Shown one piece after another: positions 35,697-49,409 of a DNA stretch of 64,000 nt. The notes beneath the pieces were generated by a model. The model did not search any database and was not told where the DNA came from. It saw nothing but the letters and a program-made list of their open reading frames with translations. Both the position numbers and the translations under genes were made by a program. The stretch covers positions 124,001-188,000 of the forward strand of contig NW_003314315.1 of assembly GCF_000143415.4 (NCBI RefSeq), read 5' to 3'. Source of the DNA: Selaginella moellendorffii (lineage: Eukaryota; Plantae; Lycopodiophyta). The first letter of the stretch is position 1. Each line of letters opens with the position of its first letter.

Positions 35697-38600
35697 ATGG
35701 CGTTGGCTCCCACTATCGCTCGAGCTTACAACTTTGGATCTTCCTGGGAAGAGGTAAGCCCTTCTGCCACTGCCCCTGATTCGGAATTTTTCCAAACAGA
35801 ATGCGCCCTTGAGCGACGAGCAACATGCCGCCATAACTGCATTGGCTCAAGTCGCATCAGATCGGCCCTTGCCTTCGCATCTTACCGGATCATCTGGAAA
35901 GGAGGTGAAGTTTAGCTGAACTACCTTTTCTTTACTCGCTTAAACTCGATGCCAGGATGCTCCTCACATCGACGAGCAACTGGGTCATGCAGCGGCAGAT
36001 TTCTACAAGTGGTACTCGGATCTAGAGTCTGCTATGAAATCTGAGGTAAATTTTGCTTGTATGCATTGTTCGCTTTCCAAACGATGCTTGTTTAGACTGA
36101 AGAAAAGTACCGCCAATATGTGAACACTCTCACCGGCCATCTGAACACTTGTGATGGTATTCTTGAGCAGGTAAATTGTTTTCCATTTTTTCATGGGAGG
36201 TTCATAGGTGGAAATGTGTGAGCAGCTGGATGACACCTTGCTTCTTTTCGACGACTTGCAAATGCAACATCAAGCTGTGGCCACCAAAACAAAAACTCTT
36301 CATGATTCTTGTGATCGGCTGGTTTTGGAGAAAGATAGGCTTGCTGAATTCGCAAATACACTTAAAAGCAAACTCGTCTACTTTGACGAACTGGAAACCG
36401 TACGTTTAAGCTCTTTCTATCTCTCTCCCTCTCTCTTTTCTTGCCTCTTTTCTCTGATCTGTTCAATTTTCAGATTGCTACACAGTTCTATTCAGCAGCC
36501 ATGAGCGTAGATAATGAGCAGTTCCCTTCGCTACTCAAACGTCTGGACGACTGCATAATTTTCATAAGCAGCAATCCGCAATATGCCGACTCTGGTGTCT
36601 ATCTGCTAAAATTTAAGCAGCTACAGGTGAGCCGTTTCTTTGAAATATGCGGAGATCAGCCGTAATAGTTTTTCAGTCAAGGGCAATAGGAATGATGCGC
36701 TCTCACGTCCAATCTGTGATGAAGAAAACAACAGCGCAGGTATTTGTGTTTGTATATTTTTGAGGTTCTTACCGACGAACAGGTGCATGCTGCCCTCAAA
36801 GAGGGGACTGCTTTATCCGAAGGAATCGAGACCTCTGTTCTATATGTACGCTTTAAGGCAGCAGCAAGTGAGGTGATTTTTTTCCTTCGTTCCAGCTAGG
36901 TGTTCTTCATTGTCCTTAACAGATGAAGCCTCTCATGGAAGCGCTTGAAAGCAGAACGAAACTAACGGAGTATGCGTTATTCCTTTCGGACTGTCAAACA
37001 CTTTACTGTGAACAGCGCTTGCTCTTGGTTCGATCAGTGTTTGGTCGACTTGAAACACTTTATGCTGGCATTTTTGTCACAGGTGCAAGGCGTTGTACAA
37101 CAACGGATTTCGGAATACGCTAAAAGAGAAGAATTACCACCTTTCACTAGATCGGGTTGCGCATACCTCATGCAGGTCTGCGTTTTGCATATTGAACGAC
37201 CTGACTTGGTTTGTGCTCCAGGCTTGCCAGTTCGAGCATCAGCTCTTTGTTCACTTCTTTCCATCCTCGTCATCCGAAGCTTCAAAACTTGCTTCTCTTA
37301 CTGAGCCTTTGTAAGTTCTCTATTTCTAGCTGTTGTTGGGGAAAACATTCCGATGTTTATTGGTAGATGCACCGTCCTATATGATGCATTGCGGCCTAAG
37401 TTCATACACGAGACAAGAATAGATCTCCTCTGCGAGCTAGTTGATATCTTGAAGTTTGAAGTTCTTGAGGAGCAACTTAACCGAAAGGGAGATCCTGTTG
37501 CCGGCCTCAGACCAACAATAATGCGAATCCTAGCTGATGTTCAAGAAAGGCTTACATTTAGAGTGCAAACCTACGTGCGAAACGAGGTAGGCCTTGAACT
37601 GCCGGTGAAGATGTCCCCGTGCTGATAACTTTTTATCACGTAGGTTGCGAACTACTTGCCACTGGCAGAAGACCTCGACTATCCTGCAAAACTAATGAAA
37701 CAAAGTGAATCCAGCGCTTCAGAGGTTTTTAAGTTTTTTTTTATACTTTCATCTTATTCTCTGACGACAGGAAGGAGCCATATCGGAAGGAATGGACGGT
37801 CTTTACCCTCCTCTGGTGAAGACCTTAGCGTGCCTTTCAAAACTTTACCGGTGTCTTGAACCTACAATATTTACTGGGCTCGCGCAGGTAATGCTTTTCT
37901 CATTCGTGTGAGAAAATGGCAACTCAATTATCTACAGGAAGCTGTGGGAACCTGTACAGCGGCAATTCAGGCATGAATGCTACTTGATCTTAAAAAACTC
38001 ATGCACTTGCTATCTCTTTCAGCGTGGCAGCAAACTCGTTGTCAAGAAGTCGTCTGAAATGGATGGTCAGCTTTTCTTGATCAAACATTTGTTAGTACTG
38101 AGAGAGCAGGTGCGTTAGATCCTTAAGTTTTGCATGACTGATCATCTTGGTTACAGATCACTCCATTCGATATTGATTTTGCCGTAACTCACAAGGAGCT
38201 TGATTTTGCACACGTTCTCGTGAGTATATTGAAAGAAACTCTTGTAGGCTTTTTTTCTGAAGGTGCCTGTTCATAAGGACCATTTACGCCGTATTCTCAG
38301 AGGCCAAGCATCAGTCTTCGACTTCACAAGTAGAACAAGTTTGGCCCGCACATTTTCTCCTCGAGTCCTGGAAAATCAAGTGGATGCCAAAAAGGTTGTG
38401 TCCGTTTGCCTTGCTGCAGTGTTTTGCTGACGCTTTCCATGTTACAGGAACTTGAAAAGGGTCTCAAGCTTACTTGCGAACAGTTCATCATGTCCGTAAC
38501 GAAACTTACTGTCGAGCCCATGCTGTCTTTCGTGACTAAGGTGAGTTTTTCTCCAGTTGCAATTTTCGTCGATCAAGGGGGCCTATTACGAGCAGGTCAC

Positions 38601-39029
38601 AGCCGTAAGAGTTTCTGTCTCAGCGAACAGAGCTCTCAAGGATCAGGCATTTGCAACGCCTGAAAAGGTTGCGGAAGTGATTTCTAAGGTATCCCGTCAT
38701 TACATCTGAATTCTTTTCTAGATTCTCACCTTGTCTTATAGGTGGACTGTTCCCTCAAGGAGGAGCTACCAAATGTGATATCCAAGATGAACCTTTATCT
38801 GCCAAATCCATATACCCGCTCCATTCTTTTGAAGCCTATGAAGTAACCTATGCAACAAGCGTTCTCCATGCTTTGTGCTAATGAGCGTTAACTCTCCAGA
38901 TCCAACGTTGTGGAGGCTTACTCTCAGGTGCTTAACATCGTCGAGGCAGAGTATAGTCAAGACGATATCAAAACTTCCCCTATCATCAGCATTACAGAAC
39001 TGCAAGCTCACCTCGACTCCCTCGGCTAA
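35697..39029 (+). CDS. COG3: Conserved oligomeric Golgi complex subunit 3 (Sec34-like), multi-exon
   Basis: [10 protein letters not shown]|[67 protein letters not shown] and [18 protein letters not shown]. Confidence 0.92.
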
Positions 39030-39351
39030 TTTCTGTGCGTAAGTTCTTCACAAAAAATTATCGCTTCTAACTCAAGCCCTTGATGTGCAGGATCAGCTCT
39101 ATGATTTTCACGCGAAGTTTAATGAAAGTGAAAAGCTTTTATGTCATGCTCATGTCAGGAGAACCCGTCTTTACAAGCAAAGCGTGAGCTCTTGGGTGCT
39201 GAGAAGGATCTAGAATAGGTGGTGGTGTTCGAAGCGTCAGTGAGCGAGTTTATAAAGGCCGGTGATATTCTAAGCTTGACCACTGGAGCGACTGGCCCTC
39301 GTCCAACAAGTAAGGCGCTCTCTTTCTTTTCCTACTATTTCAATCGAGAGA

Positions 39352-40154
39352 ATGAGCCAAGTGGTGAGATTTGTCACGGCAGGAGCTAGGATCCCCAGCA
39401 GCAGCAAGAGATTTGCATCGACAACCACTGCTGCGGCGGCCATGGGAGGCGGAAATCTCAAGATGATCGCCGTTTCCGGGTCTCTGAGGAAGGGCTCTTT
39501 CAACAGTGGTCTCGTACGCGCAGGTAAGATCTTTGTTTTAGCTATGTTGGTAATTGTGTTGCTGCTTGTAGCACGCGAGATTGTCAAGGAGAGCTTCGAA
39601 GATGTGGAGCTAGAGCATGTGGACATTTCCCAGCTCCCTTTCCTCAACACGGACTTGGAGCAAGACGGGCGATTTCCGGGGGTCGTGGAGGATTTTCGAG
39701 CTAAAGTCCTTGGGGCGGACGCTGTGCTGTTTGCAAGCCCGGAGTACAATTACTCCATCACAGGTGGAACTTTTCTTTGCGCTCTCACCGTTTCTCTTTG
39801 TCCTCCCTCTTGATTTCTTTCCGCATTTTATGTTCTTGTTTGTTGCTTGCAGCTCCACTCAAGAACGCATTGGATTGGGCGTCGAGGAATCCAAATGCGT
39901 GGGCCGGGAAGCCAGCCGCAATCGTGAGCGCCGGGGGCGGGTTTGGAGGCGGCAGAGCCCAATATCATCTGCGACAGGTGGGAGTTTTCCTCGACCTCCA
40001 TTTCATCAACAAGCCCGAGCTGTTTGTTGCGGCGTTTCAAGCGCCGCCAAAGTTCGACTCGGACGGGAATCTCGTGGATCCGGACACTAGAACCCGTCTC
40101 AAAGCGCTTCTTCTCGCCTTGCGCCAGTGGACCCTCAAACTAAAAGAATGCTAA
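39352..40154 (+). CDS. NQR: NADPH:quinone oxidoreductase (flavodoxin-like FMN reductase); alternative ATG at 39442
   Basis: AVSGSLRKGSFNSGL, LFASPEYNYSI, PLKNALDWASR, GGGRAQYHLRQVGVFLDLHFINKPE. Confidence 0.92.
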
Positions 40155-41094
40155 CAGCCATAAACATAAAACTCCCGAACTGAAGATATCTGTTTAGAGT
40201 TTAAGAAATATACCTAGAATATTCATGAATATTCTAGTGTTCAATGGCTTTTAGCATTTCTTTAAAACACATACAAATAACTTCAAAATCAAGGTTTATT
40301 TCGCTTATTACTAACTAGTATTGCAGTGGAATTAGTTAATAAAAAATGATTATTATTTTAAACGAAAAGGATATTTTTATTAATTTTTATTATCTTGATT
40401 TTACAAGAGATATGTTAAGCCATACTAAAAGAGTACACTACTAAACCAAATATTATATATAGTACACATTAAACAACACCAAGAATAATAATTCTAAAAT
40501 AAATTTTGCAGGAAAATGTAGGTCACTACCCAGACCTATACAAAAGTAATAAATAATTACTAAGAAAAGTTGTTTATCAATTTAAATATCTACCAAATCC
40601 TTGAATCAGCATTGATTGAATATTTAGGAAAATAAAATTTATGTGATACAAACATTTTATAATATTGAAATTACTCTTTTCATGAGTAGCATGGAAAGAT
40701 CTAAAACAATACTACTTAATTCAAAAGTATATTTTACCCAGACTCAGAATAATAACATTATAAGTTTTTGTGTTAAAATAATTTATATACTATCCATACC
40801 CAGAAAAAAATGTGTCAATATAGTTAAATTTACTTTAAACTAAAGTAATGTTTAATTAGGCAGCAAAGCTTGCTCTGTCGCAAAAGAATGAACTTGGTTT
40901 ATAACTAATGTAACCAAGACAACATTCTCCATCCTAGGGCATGGCAACACAATGCTAGTGTTTACTTAAATACTTTGTTGTTTACAAATAATTCTATCAA
41001 AACTTGGATTTAGTTAAATATTATACTTTTGATACATATTTTATTTCTCTGGGTTCATAACTCATTGTAGAAAGTTAAACAATATTGTTGTAGT

Positions 41095-41096
<2 letters not shown>

Positions 41097-41132
<36 letters not shown>

Positions 41133-41152
41133 GTATATGTGTGTGTGTATAC
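41097..41152. repeat. (CA)n/(TA)n/(TG)n microsatellite
   Basis: Seen directly in the sequence. Confidence 0.9.
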
Positions 41153-41867
41153 ATGAGATAAAATTGATTATAGCTTATATTGTTATAAAATATATTAAAA
41201 ATAATAACATTTAAAGAACACCAATGTATTATTACTTAGACCCAGACTAAAGTAAAACAAATATTAATAAGAATAATTATTATATATTTTAAATAAAAAT
41301 ATTAGTATTTACTTGGAAATATGAATATATTTAGATATTACCATCTAGACCTACACTAAAAAATAATATTATTAATATTACATTCAAAGTTTTACTTATT
41401 TGGAAATATGAAAAATAAATATTGGAAAGATAAAAACAATTAGTAAGAATAATTATTACTAATATAAATACTAGAACTGTGTTATTTTAATTGGAATATT
41501 AAATTTATTCTTAATAATTGATTGTGAAAAGATATATTAGTAATAGTAATAATTATTCTTAGTTAGTAATATATTAATTACTATTTCTATATTTTTGATT
41601 TCCTCCACGTCCTTAAAGATCATCTACGTTGAAAACTTTGGCATTAGCAACCTAGTTCCAACATTTCAAGGAACTGATACATTGACAAAGTAGCAAATTC
41701 CAGATTGCTCATGATCTCCTTGATGAAGAAAGCAAGCCAGAAGCCATGCAAGGAAAAATCACGCTGGCACATGAGGACTTGGCTTAAGATTTGAGCCACA
41801 CTAAGATCAAGTAATAAGCAAATTGTATTCACTTTCCAGCTCATGGCTCGGGTGACACAGCTTCCAT

Positions 41868-41940
41868 GATTGCCACTGTTCCATTTTCAAACGAGAATGG
41901 AACAGTGGCAATCGTATTTGAGAATGGAATTGTGGCAATC
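41868..41940. repeat. Perfect 18-bp inverted repeat plus a tandem copy of the right arm
   Basis: gattgccactgttccatt-N10-aatggaacagtggcaatc, followed by aatggaattgtggcaatc. Confidence 0.85.
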
Positions 41941-43057
41941 GTGGCCCGCATAAATCTGAACCTCAGGTCATATCCCTTTGCCCAACCCACAAAGCCACTG
42001 GGGGTTAAGGATTCTTGTTGTTTTGGAGGTAGGAATGCAAAGCAATGGATAGGTAGAATTAAAAGAGGGATTCTGCACCTGAGCGCAGACATTTGTGAAC
42101 GATTCTAGAGAATATTCTCCCACTAGAGAAAGTACTTTCCTTCTCCCTTGACATTATTCTGACCCTTCTTATATGATTTCCTCTGGATGAGGAAGATTTA
42201 CCTGGCTTATTTCTGATGTGAACCTTCAGGAAAATAAAGTACATCCTTCAGATGGATAGAAACTCTTGTGTAGCTCTCCCAGAGGGATTTAAAGTTCTGC
42301 AAAGATGGTGAAGTGCTCATTGCACCATTCTCTTCTGGTTAGTCCATTTCCTTTGCATGAAATTATCTCTTGAAAGCGGGAAGCTTCATCATTCAACCTC
42401 CTACATGAAATGCCCAAGACTGGAGCTACTCCTCGAGGCACCTGATCGCGGACAAGCATCTAAAGCACAGATCTCTTCGCCGCATGATGGTATTGCTACA
42501 CTTCAAAACCCTGAAGGTTGAGGTTCTTCATACCTTCGTCAACAGGATCTGAAAGGTAAGAGAATGCTTGTAATGCTAGGTGCGCGACACAGGAAGCATA
42601 ATATCCGGAGGGGGACCTAGGAATGATCTTTGCCACAATCTCCCCACCCTGTTCTTCGTTATGTTCGATGGGCTTTTTCAAAAGGAATATACTAGTCTCT
42701 ATTTTCTTTTGCAATGCATGACTAAGATGCCAATGAATAGCTTGATTCTTCGTCTGTGATGAAACTATTAATTTTTCTTGCCGTCACATACATGATCATC
42801 TTCAAACGGACAAGATCGATCGATTTAAAGGCCTTCTCTCATCTCTCGTACACATAAGCAGGACCTACAGAGGCGAGATCTTCAAGTATAACGCAATATT
42901 CTTATCTCATTCACGTGTAGCAGAGCTTTTAAAACTTTGTTAATCGATAAATAAAGTTTGATTAGTGTGAGATGACAGACTTCACAGCATTTGTAAGGGT
43001 TATAAGCAAGGATCCAAGCTCAGAGTTGGAAAAAGAAGTCTATAGAGGAGAGAAAGA

Positions 43058-44640
43058 ATGAAGAGTTTCGTCACGTTTATTCTTGTTCTTGCTGTGATCT
43101 CCAGCGTTTGCAATGCGCAAGACTTGAGTTTCACAGCTACGACTCCCGGCCTCACCAAAGGCAAGCCGAACACCTTCATTGGAACCACTGGCGATGAGAT
43201 CGCGTCGTCTCTTCTCGCATCAAAGACTCCCGCAATGCTTTGGGGCTCGGTTCCTGCAATCACCAACGTCTGCCAGAAGATTACCCAGACTGAAGGCAGG
43301 AATACACTGCCAAGATAGATGGCGACTGGGGAGGATCCGAGGACCTCAAGCTAAAGGTCACAAGTACCTTGGTTTTTTCTCGTGCTGACGACTGGAAAGA
43401 TGGTCGCAACCAGTGGCTCCAGATTCATCCGGGACACAGTTCGTGTTCACAGACAACTATGGCCGCAAGAGTGCTGTAAGTTTAGTGAGCTCCATGTGAT
43501 TATCTTGCAGTAACAAAATTCACTGACTGCTTACCAGATTGTTTGCCCAAGTAACGCTGGAGGAAGTGGCTGTGGCGTGTACATGACCGGGAGTGACGTG
43601 GACAGTATCTACAACAAGCGCTTGGAACTCGTCTTTTCCTCGCAAACGCTTCCAGCGATCAGGTAGATCAGGCAGCTCGAAGATTCTTGCTTGGTGGCTG
43701 CAAAGAAGAAGCAGGGAAAGGTACCTGAGGATGATCCATAAGTTCTTCTCGTCGACTCCGTTCCTTCCTTTTGCAGGAGCAATAGGAGGTGCAATCACGG
43801 GTGTGTTGGGAGCTGGAGGCTACTCGGGACTGGGACCATTGGCACCTTTCTGCATCATTGGTGTTATGGGAGTGAGTGCTGGGCTTGGCGCGGCTGCTGT
43901 GCGTGAGGGCGTGCTTCCCACGCGACGCAACGGTGCATACTTCCACGGGCGAGACGAAGATGATGAGCCAGCTCCAAATCGGTGACAAGGTATCCATACT
44001 GATCACCGCTTCCACCAAACTTTTTTCTCTGGTCCTGTCGTGAAGGTTGGGACGCTCAAGAACGGGAGGCTCGACTTCAGTGAAATCTACGCTTTCGGGC
44101 ACCGAGACAGAAGAGTGACTTCGTCAACCTGGAACTATCCCACTCAAAGACCATTGAGCTCTCGCGCCTGCATTTCCTGCCAACGCTGCTCAAAGCTGGT
44201 TTGTGTCAACCAAACTGACGAACCATCTCTAGGTGGTGGAGTCCAATTCAAGCGTGCGCAAGACGTTCTCGATTTTGATGGCTCCCCTCCCAGTCACACG
44301 AATTCCCGGCCTCTTCAATCCATTGACTCTCCAAGGAACTATCGTCGTCAACGGAGTCGCCGCCTCGGTCCACAGCGATTGGTTCCTGGATACCCTGTTT
44401 GACACGTTCGGCCTCACTGCTTACCTCCCAGCAGCATACCAGGCGATCCTCTCCCCCGCGCGATTGCTCTACACACTCCTCGGCCCCAATTCCTACCTCG
44501 CGCTCTACAAATGGATCGACGCCAGGATCAATGTCGCCGAGTTCGGCACTGACAATGGCGGCAAGATTGCAGCGGGGGCGCTGCTCGCGTGTGGAATCGC
44601 GTCCCTGCTATCACTCAAGAAGACCCCGAATTTCGCCTAG
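43058..44640 (+). pseudogene. Secreted Hedgehog-type Hint/Hog-domain protein gene with several frameshifts
   Basis: Signal peptide MKSFVTFILVLAVISSVCNA. Hint start CFPRDATVHTSTGETKMMSQLQIGDK|V at 43912. Then FSEIYAFGHRD, IELSRLHF, GLFNPLTLQGTIVVNGVAASVHSDW, an SRR-like YQAILSPARLLY and a hydrophobic C-tail. Confidence 0.85.
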
Positions 44641-45549
44641 AACAAAACGTCGGACAATAATAGCTGACTTGTTTAATGGTAAAGTGCCGCGGGTGCTCGC
44701 TCCTCAGATCGCTCCTCAGATGATCACCCACATAGAGGTGACTATCCTATCATAAATGTTCCTGATCTCATCACCACCTCTGTCAGGTCGCATTTTTTCT
44801 ATGGCCCACTCTAGCGCTGACTGATTCTTGGAGAACTGATTAAGGAACGAGCATCTAGACGCTGCTGCTAGATCAAGATCTATGTGCCTCGTCTGGATCA
44901 CACTAGCCCCGTTTTGTCTATGGCTTTCTAACATTGCAAATAGGAGTTTATATTGCTTATTTTTTTCCCTAAGAACAGAGACATGGCCTCCATCTCCACA
45001 AGGAGAGGCTCAAGGAATTCTATCAGCTCACACTGTGTTAACCGAGGAATAATATAAATAAAATGGTATAATAATTTTAAAATAAATATGATAATATTAT
45101 TATAAAATTATATAAATAATAGATTACTTATGAAGTTAATTTTATAAAGACTGAAACTACAAAATCCCCATTGCAGCTTAGGGCAGTAAAGTATCTTATA
45201 ATAATTCTTTTCTGTCCACAATCTACTCTTTAATATTATTATTATTAAATTTTTTTTGAAGGTCTTGCAGTGCAACCTACTGACATTATTATTACAACAT
45301 GTTTAAAGATCACTAACACTCAACTAGACACAATCCATAACCTCAAAGGACAAGAGCCTATTTGTATGACTTTGTAGGATTTCAGTTCTAAGGTTCATTA
45401 GAATTGGTAAGAAATACACAATGTATTATTTTCAGTAAAACTATAAAAAGAACAAAATTTATTCAATTCTATGCTTGATTATTTATTATTTATGTACTAT
45501 AGACTGAAATAATATTTTTAATTGGAATTATATAGCACTAAGAGAGCTA

Positions 45550-45800
45550 GAGGTGGATATACCTAAAATATTCTTGTATAGTCTGGGATATTCTACCATT
45601 TATTGTTATCAAGAATAATCTTATATTTATAATTTATAATTCTTAAGCATTTCCTTGTATATTCTAGTTTATTATACCATCTACTGGTTATTATATAGTA
45701 AGAAAAAGTTTTTTCTTAAAACTTATAAAAATGTTTATAATTATAGATTTCAATTGGATTAATAAATAATAAGCACTACTATTAAGCAAGCAAAACATTT
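45550..45800. repeat. AT-rich dispersed repeat (relative of 4065-4340)
   Basis: Reverse-complement similarity to 4065-4340. Confidence 0.5.
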
Positions 45801-46049
45801 CTGGTAGCAATTATTATTTCTTACTTTAAAGTAATATTACACAATACTTTAAAGTTTGCATATATGTCAATTATCCTTAATAAAAATATGCCAATATTTT
45901 GATATTTTACAACTCATGAGTTATAATATAAGATGTTATAACTAGCTTATAAAATAAATATTTATAAAAGACTTGTGTTTGATAATTACCTCTGGTAGTT
46001 TAATAGTTAGATAAAATATACTAAATTTGGGTGCCTAATTAAATTTAGG

Positions 46050-47330
46050 CACTATGAATATGGAAATGAAATACAGAAATTTGCATATCAATTAGCCCAA
46101 AAACCCTAGCTTATATACAGGAGTGAGTGGTCTAAATTAAAACCAATCCGATAGCTATTAAAATCCCATTAGGCTAATGTTCTTATACAATATTATAGCT
46201 ATATACTTGGACTTCACACCATCCTTTATTCTCGGAATGATGGAAAGTTATAGTTCTCTAGTCAATGGGCCAGGATCTAGAGGAACATTAGGAGGAGGCA
46301 TCAATACATTTATAGATGGTGTTAGTTGTTCTAAATCACTTTATACAAAGTGTTTTAGTTGTTGCATATACACAATTTTTAAAGGATTAGCCTATTGAAT
46401 GTCATATTGAACCTTATAAACTTATGATCCAACTTGGCATAACACTTGATATGGTCCCTTCCACTAAACAAAGAGCCCTTTAAACAAACCACATATTATA
46501 AGATTGGGAAAATGCATTAACAATAAATCACCCATTTTGTACTTCACAAGTGGATGATGATGAGAGTTATAGCACTATTCTTGTCCCACTTATATGCTTC
46601 TTTAGTGTTTGGTAGACTCTGCTCAAACTAATAGAAGAATATTTGTCAAATACTAATCCTAAAATCTAGCATTAGCAGCTCGTGGCAATCGTGAAAATAA
46701 ACTTAACTTTATTGGTAGTCTCAAATCATGACTATATAAAAGTTTATATGGTGAAGCACTAATAAAACTCTGCACACTTGTGATATACGTATACCAAAGA
46801 AATTGCAAATAACTATTTGAATTCAAATGCTAAAACTTGATGTATTTCACAATTATCCCTTTGAAGGTTTGAACCAGCCGTTCCACCAAACCATTTGACT
46901 ATGGATGATAAGCATTTCTGAAAGTATGGTGTATCTCTAATCAAGATGTTAAAACGTAAAATGCCTTAGCCATAAATGCAAGATCATTATTGAAAAGAAT
47001 TTGCACCGGATAGAAATGTTGGAATACTACTTGATTAAGAAATATCTAACAACAATTACAGACACACTAACAAGAGCACTAACTTCCACCCAACAAATTA
47101 AGTAATTAGAAGCAATGATGACATACTCATTACCAACAATCGACCGTGGAAAAGACCCCATCAAATTAAATGCTACTAACTCAAATAGATGGGAAATTGC
47201 AATTGACTTCAATTGTCTTTCCACAGCACAAGGAAGAGTATTATAAATTAGCACTAAACACAACTACGCACATATTGGATAATATCATGTTGCATCTTTG
47301 GCTAATAAAAAAACTTGTATAGCTTCTTAA
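46050..47330 (-). mobile_element. Ty3/Gypsy LTR-retrotransposon remnant (integrase, PPT, start of 3' LTR)
   Basis: FELVAFNLMGSFPRSIVGNEYVIIASNYLICWVEV integrase remnant; homologous to 56830-58020 in inverted orientation. Confidence 0.8.
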
Positions 47331-48269
47331 TCACATGATGATTTCTATATACCCATATAGAATAAAAAAATTATAGTGGACATGGAGAAAGTGTGGAATA
47401 AAGATCAAAGATACCACTAGCTATAAATGATCATTATAATTGTCTCCACAAAATAAAGAAGATTATCCTCAAGGGGATATTAAAAATATAAATACCTAAA
47501 TGGCAAGTTATAAATAAGTGATGTAGCAAGTGATATAGGATTTCAAACCCATTGCAAAGCCTTCGGATCTATTATTTAAAATTTTGAGCATTACGAACTT
47601 TGTTAATGGAAGGTGAATTTTTTGCTCCACATCTTGTACATATTGAACATCAACTACAACAACTATCGACAACATGGAATCCTTTTCCAAAAAATCCACA
47701 AATGCTAAAACAATAGGCTAATCAAAAACATGATAAAAAAGTGAAGAAGAAAGAAGAGCTTGAGAAAGGGTATCATATCAACCATAGAATGTTAGTGATG
47801 AACAACATTAAAATCATGTATTTGAAATTTTAAAACTCACCAAGCAATATAATCAACTAAGTTTTTTTACTTCATTAGTGAAGTAACTATAGCATAATCA
47901 CCTTTTAAATATCTAAGAACCATGTAAATATGCATGAAGTTTCTCGAAACCCCAAACTACTACTAAACCCTCCTTTTATGTCGTAGAGTAGTTCACTTCC
48001 GTTAGTTGTAATGTACGATTGATATATACAATACGATGGCACTGCCCAAGCACACTTGGGCTTTCTTGTATCGACACACCTCCAAGATTTATATAATAAA
48101 TATTAAGTGCGAAGCATCTCCAACAACAAACTTGTGGACCCTTCCATCGATCTCGATCATGCTTACTCCTTGCAGCTTGGCCAGCGATCATTGCTTCATC
48201 ATGCTCCCCACTCGAGCAGTGTCATTGTGCCTCCCGGCCGTAGCATAGATGCTAGCCAGCATCACGTAC

Positions 48270-48433
48270 GGGACCGAGCTCTCGGTGGTGAGCTCCAAGA
48301 GTTTGTCAGCGATCTCTGCCGCTCGAGCGGCGTCGCAGTAGATCTTGCACGCAAGAACAAGGAGATTTACGAGGAGCTACGGAAGATCCACGCCACAATG
48401 GTGGAGCGGGGCTACTCTCCACGTGTGAAATAA
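48270..48433 (+). pseudogene. Fragment of a PPR E+/DYW-region C-terminus
   Basis: KEIYEELRKIHATMVERGYSP resembles the E+ consensus EIYAEL..L...M...GYVP. Confidence 0.5.
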
Positions 48434-49409
48434 AAGGTTGAGTGTAATTAGGATATGCCAAAATTGGAGAAGTCATTAATAACTATTTAAGATCCATAAA
48501 TGCCTATTCACAATCCATAGACCAGATGAAAGATGATATTGACAACTTTAACATTATTTATAATGGTGTAGTATGATAAAAAATATGATTTATATTCAAC
48601 TATAAAAAATTAGTTTAAAGCTGAAGTAATCAAAGTGTGTGTTTGTGTCCAAGGACACCACTTATCTTAGGTACCATATGAATGATGTGTAGTACTTTTT
48701 AGGCAAAGTTGTGAGACATAAATTTATAAACCCCAAAGTGAAGCCAAAAATGAAATTGAAGATTTGCCAAAGTGTTTGTGATAGAATTTTCCTTACGTAG
48801 GAAGCCTTGTTTTTAACCCTTCATTATTAACCTTGAAGAAGCTCACAAGAAGAACCACCTCTTCGAGAAGTCATCAAAACTAATAAACTTAAAGGAAGGT
48901 CATATATGATACCATCACTTCAAACTTTTAATCCTTGGCAAGAATCATCTTACAAGTTTTAGGGATGAAAAGAGTCTCCTTCACCTTGCTAGAGCTCACC
49001 ACTGTCTATGGAGTATGCCTCCAAACCCCAAAAAGAGAACTGTGGAGTAATGAAGGACAAGTCTAAGCAACAAGCTGAGGACTCAAATACTTAGATCTCC
49101 TTCCTCCGCCTTATGAAATTCTAAAGGCATAATCTCTATAATCAAATTTAACTTTTCATCAACGTGATCTTGAAACAAATGCATCAACTAGGAGAACCAA
49201 CCACTTGAACTTACATTAGACTTCACTTGCTTGAACCATAAAACTTGAGCAGACAAATTTTGCAGCCCAGCCGTTAGATCTTTGTGAAACCTTGTAGGTG
49301 CAATCTCCCTAGTGTCTTTTAGCTTCTCACTAAAGTGATTATGGCACATAAAGCAGCCACAATTGACAATTTTTTGCCTCAAACCTTAGCCTACCTAAAT
49401 ATATCACCC

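Noticed and set aside
41644-42760. Minus-strand coding-like fragments
   Set aside because: Many stops and no family I could identify.
43912-44380. True intein
   Set aside because: No terminal His-Asn plus Cys/Ser/Thr splice junction. It ends ASVHSDW followed by an SRR-like region, which is Hog-type.
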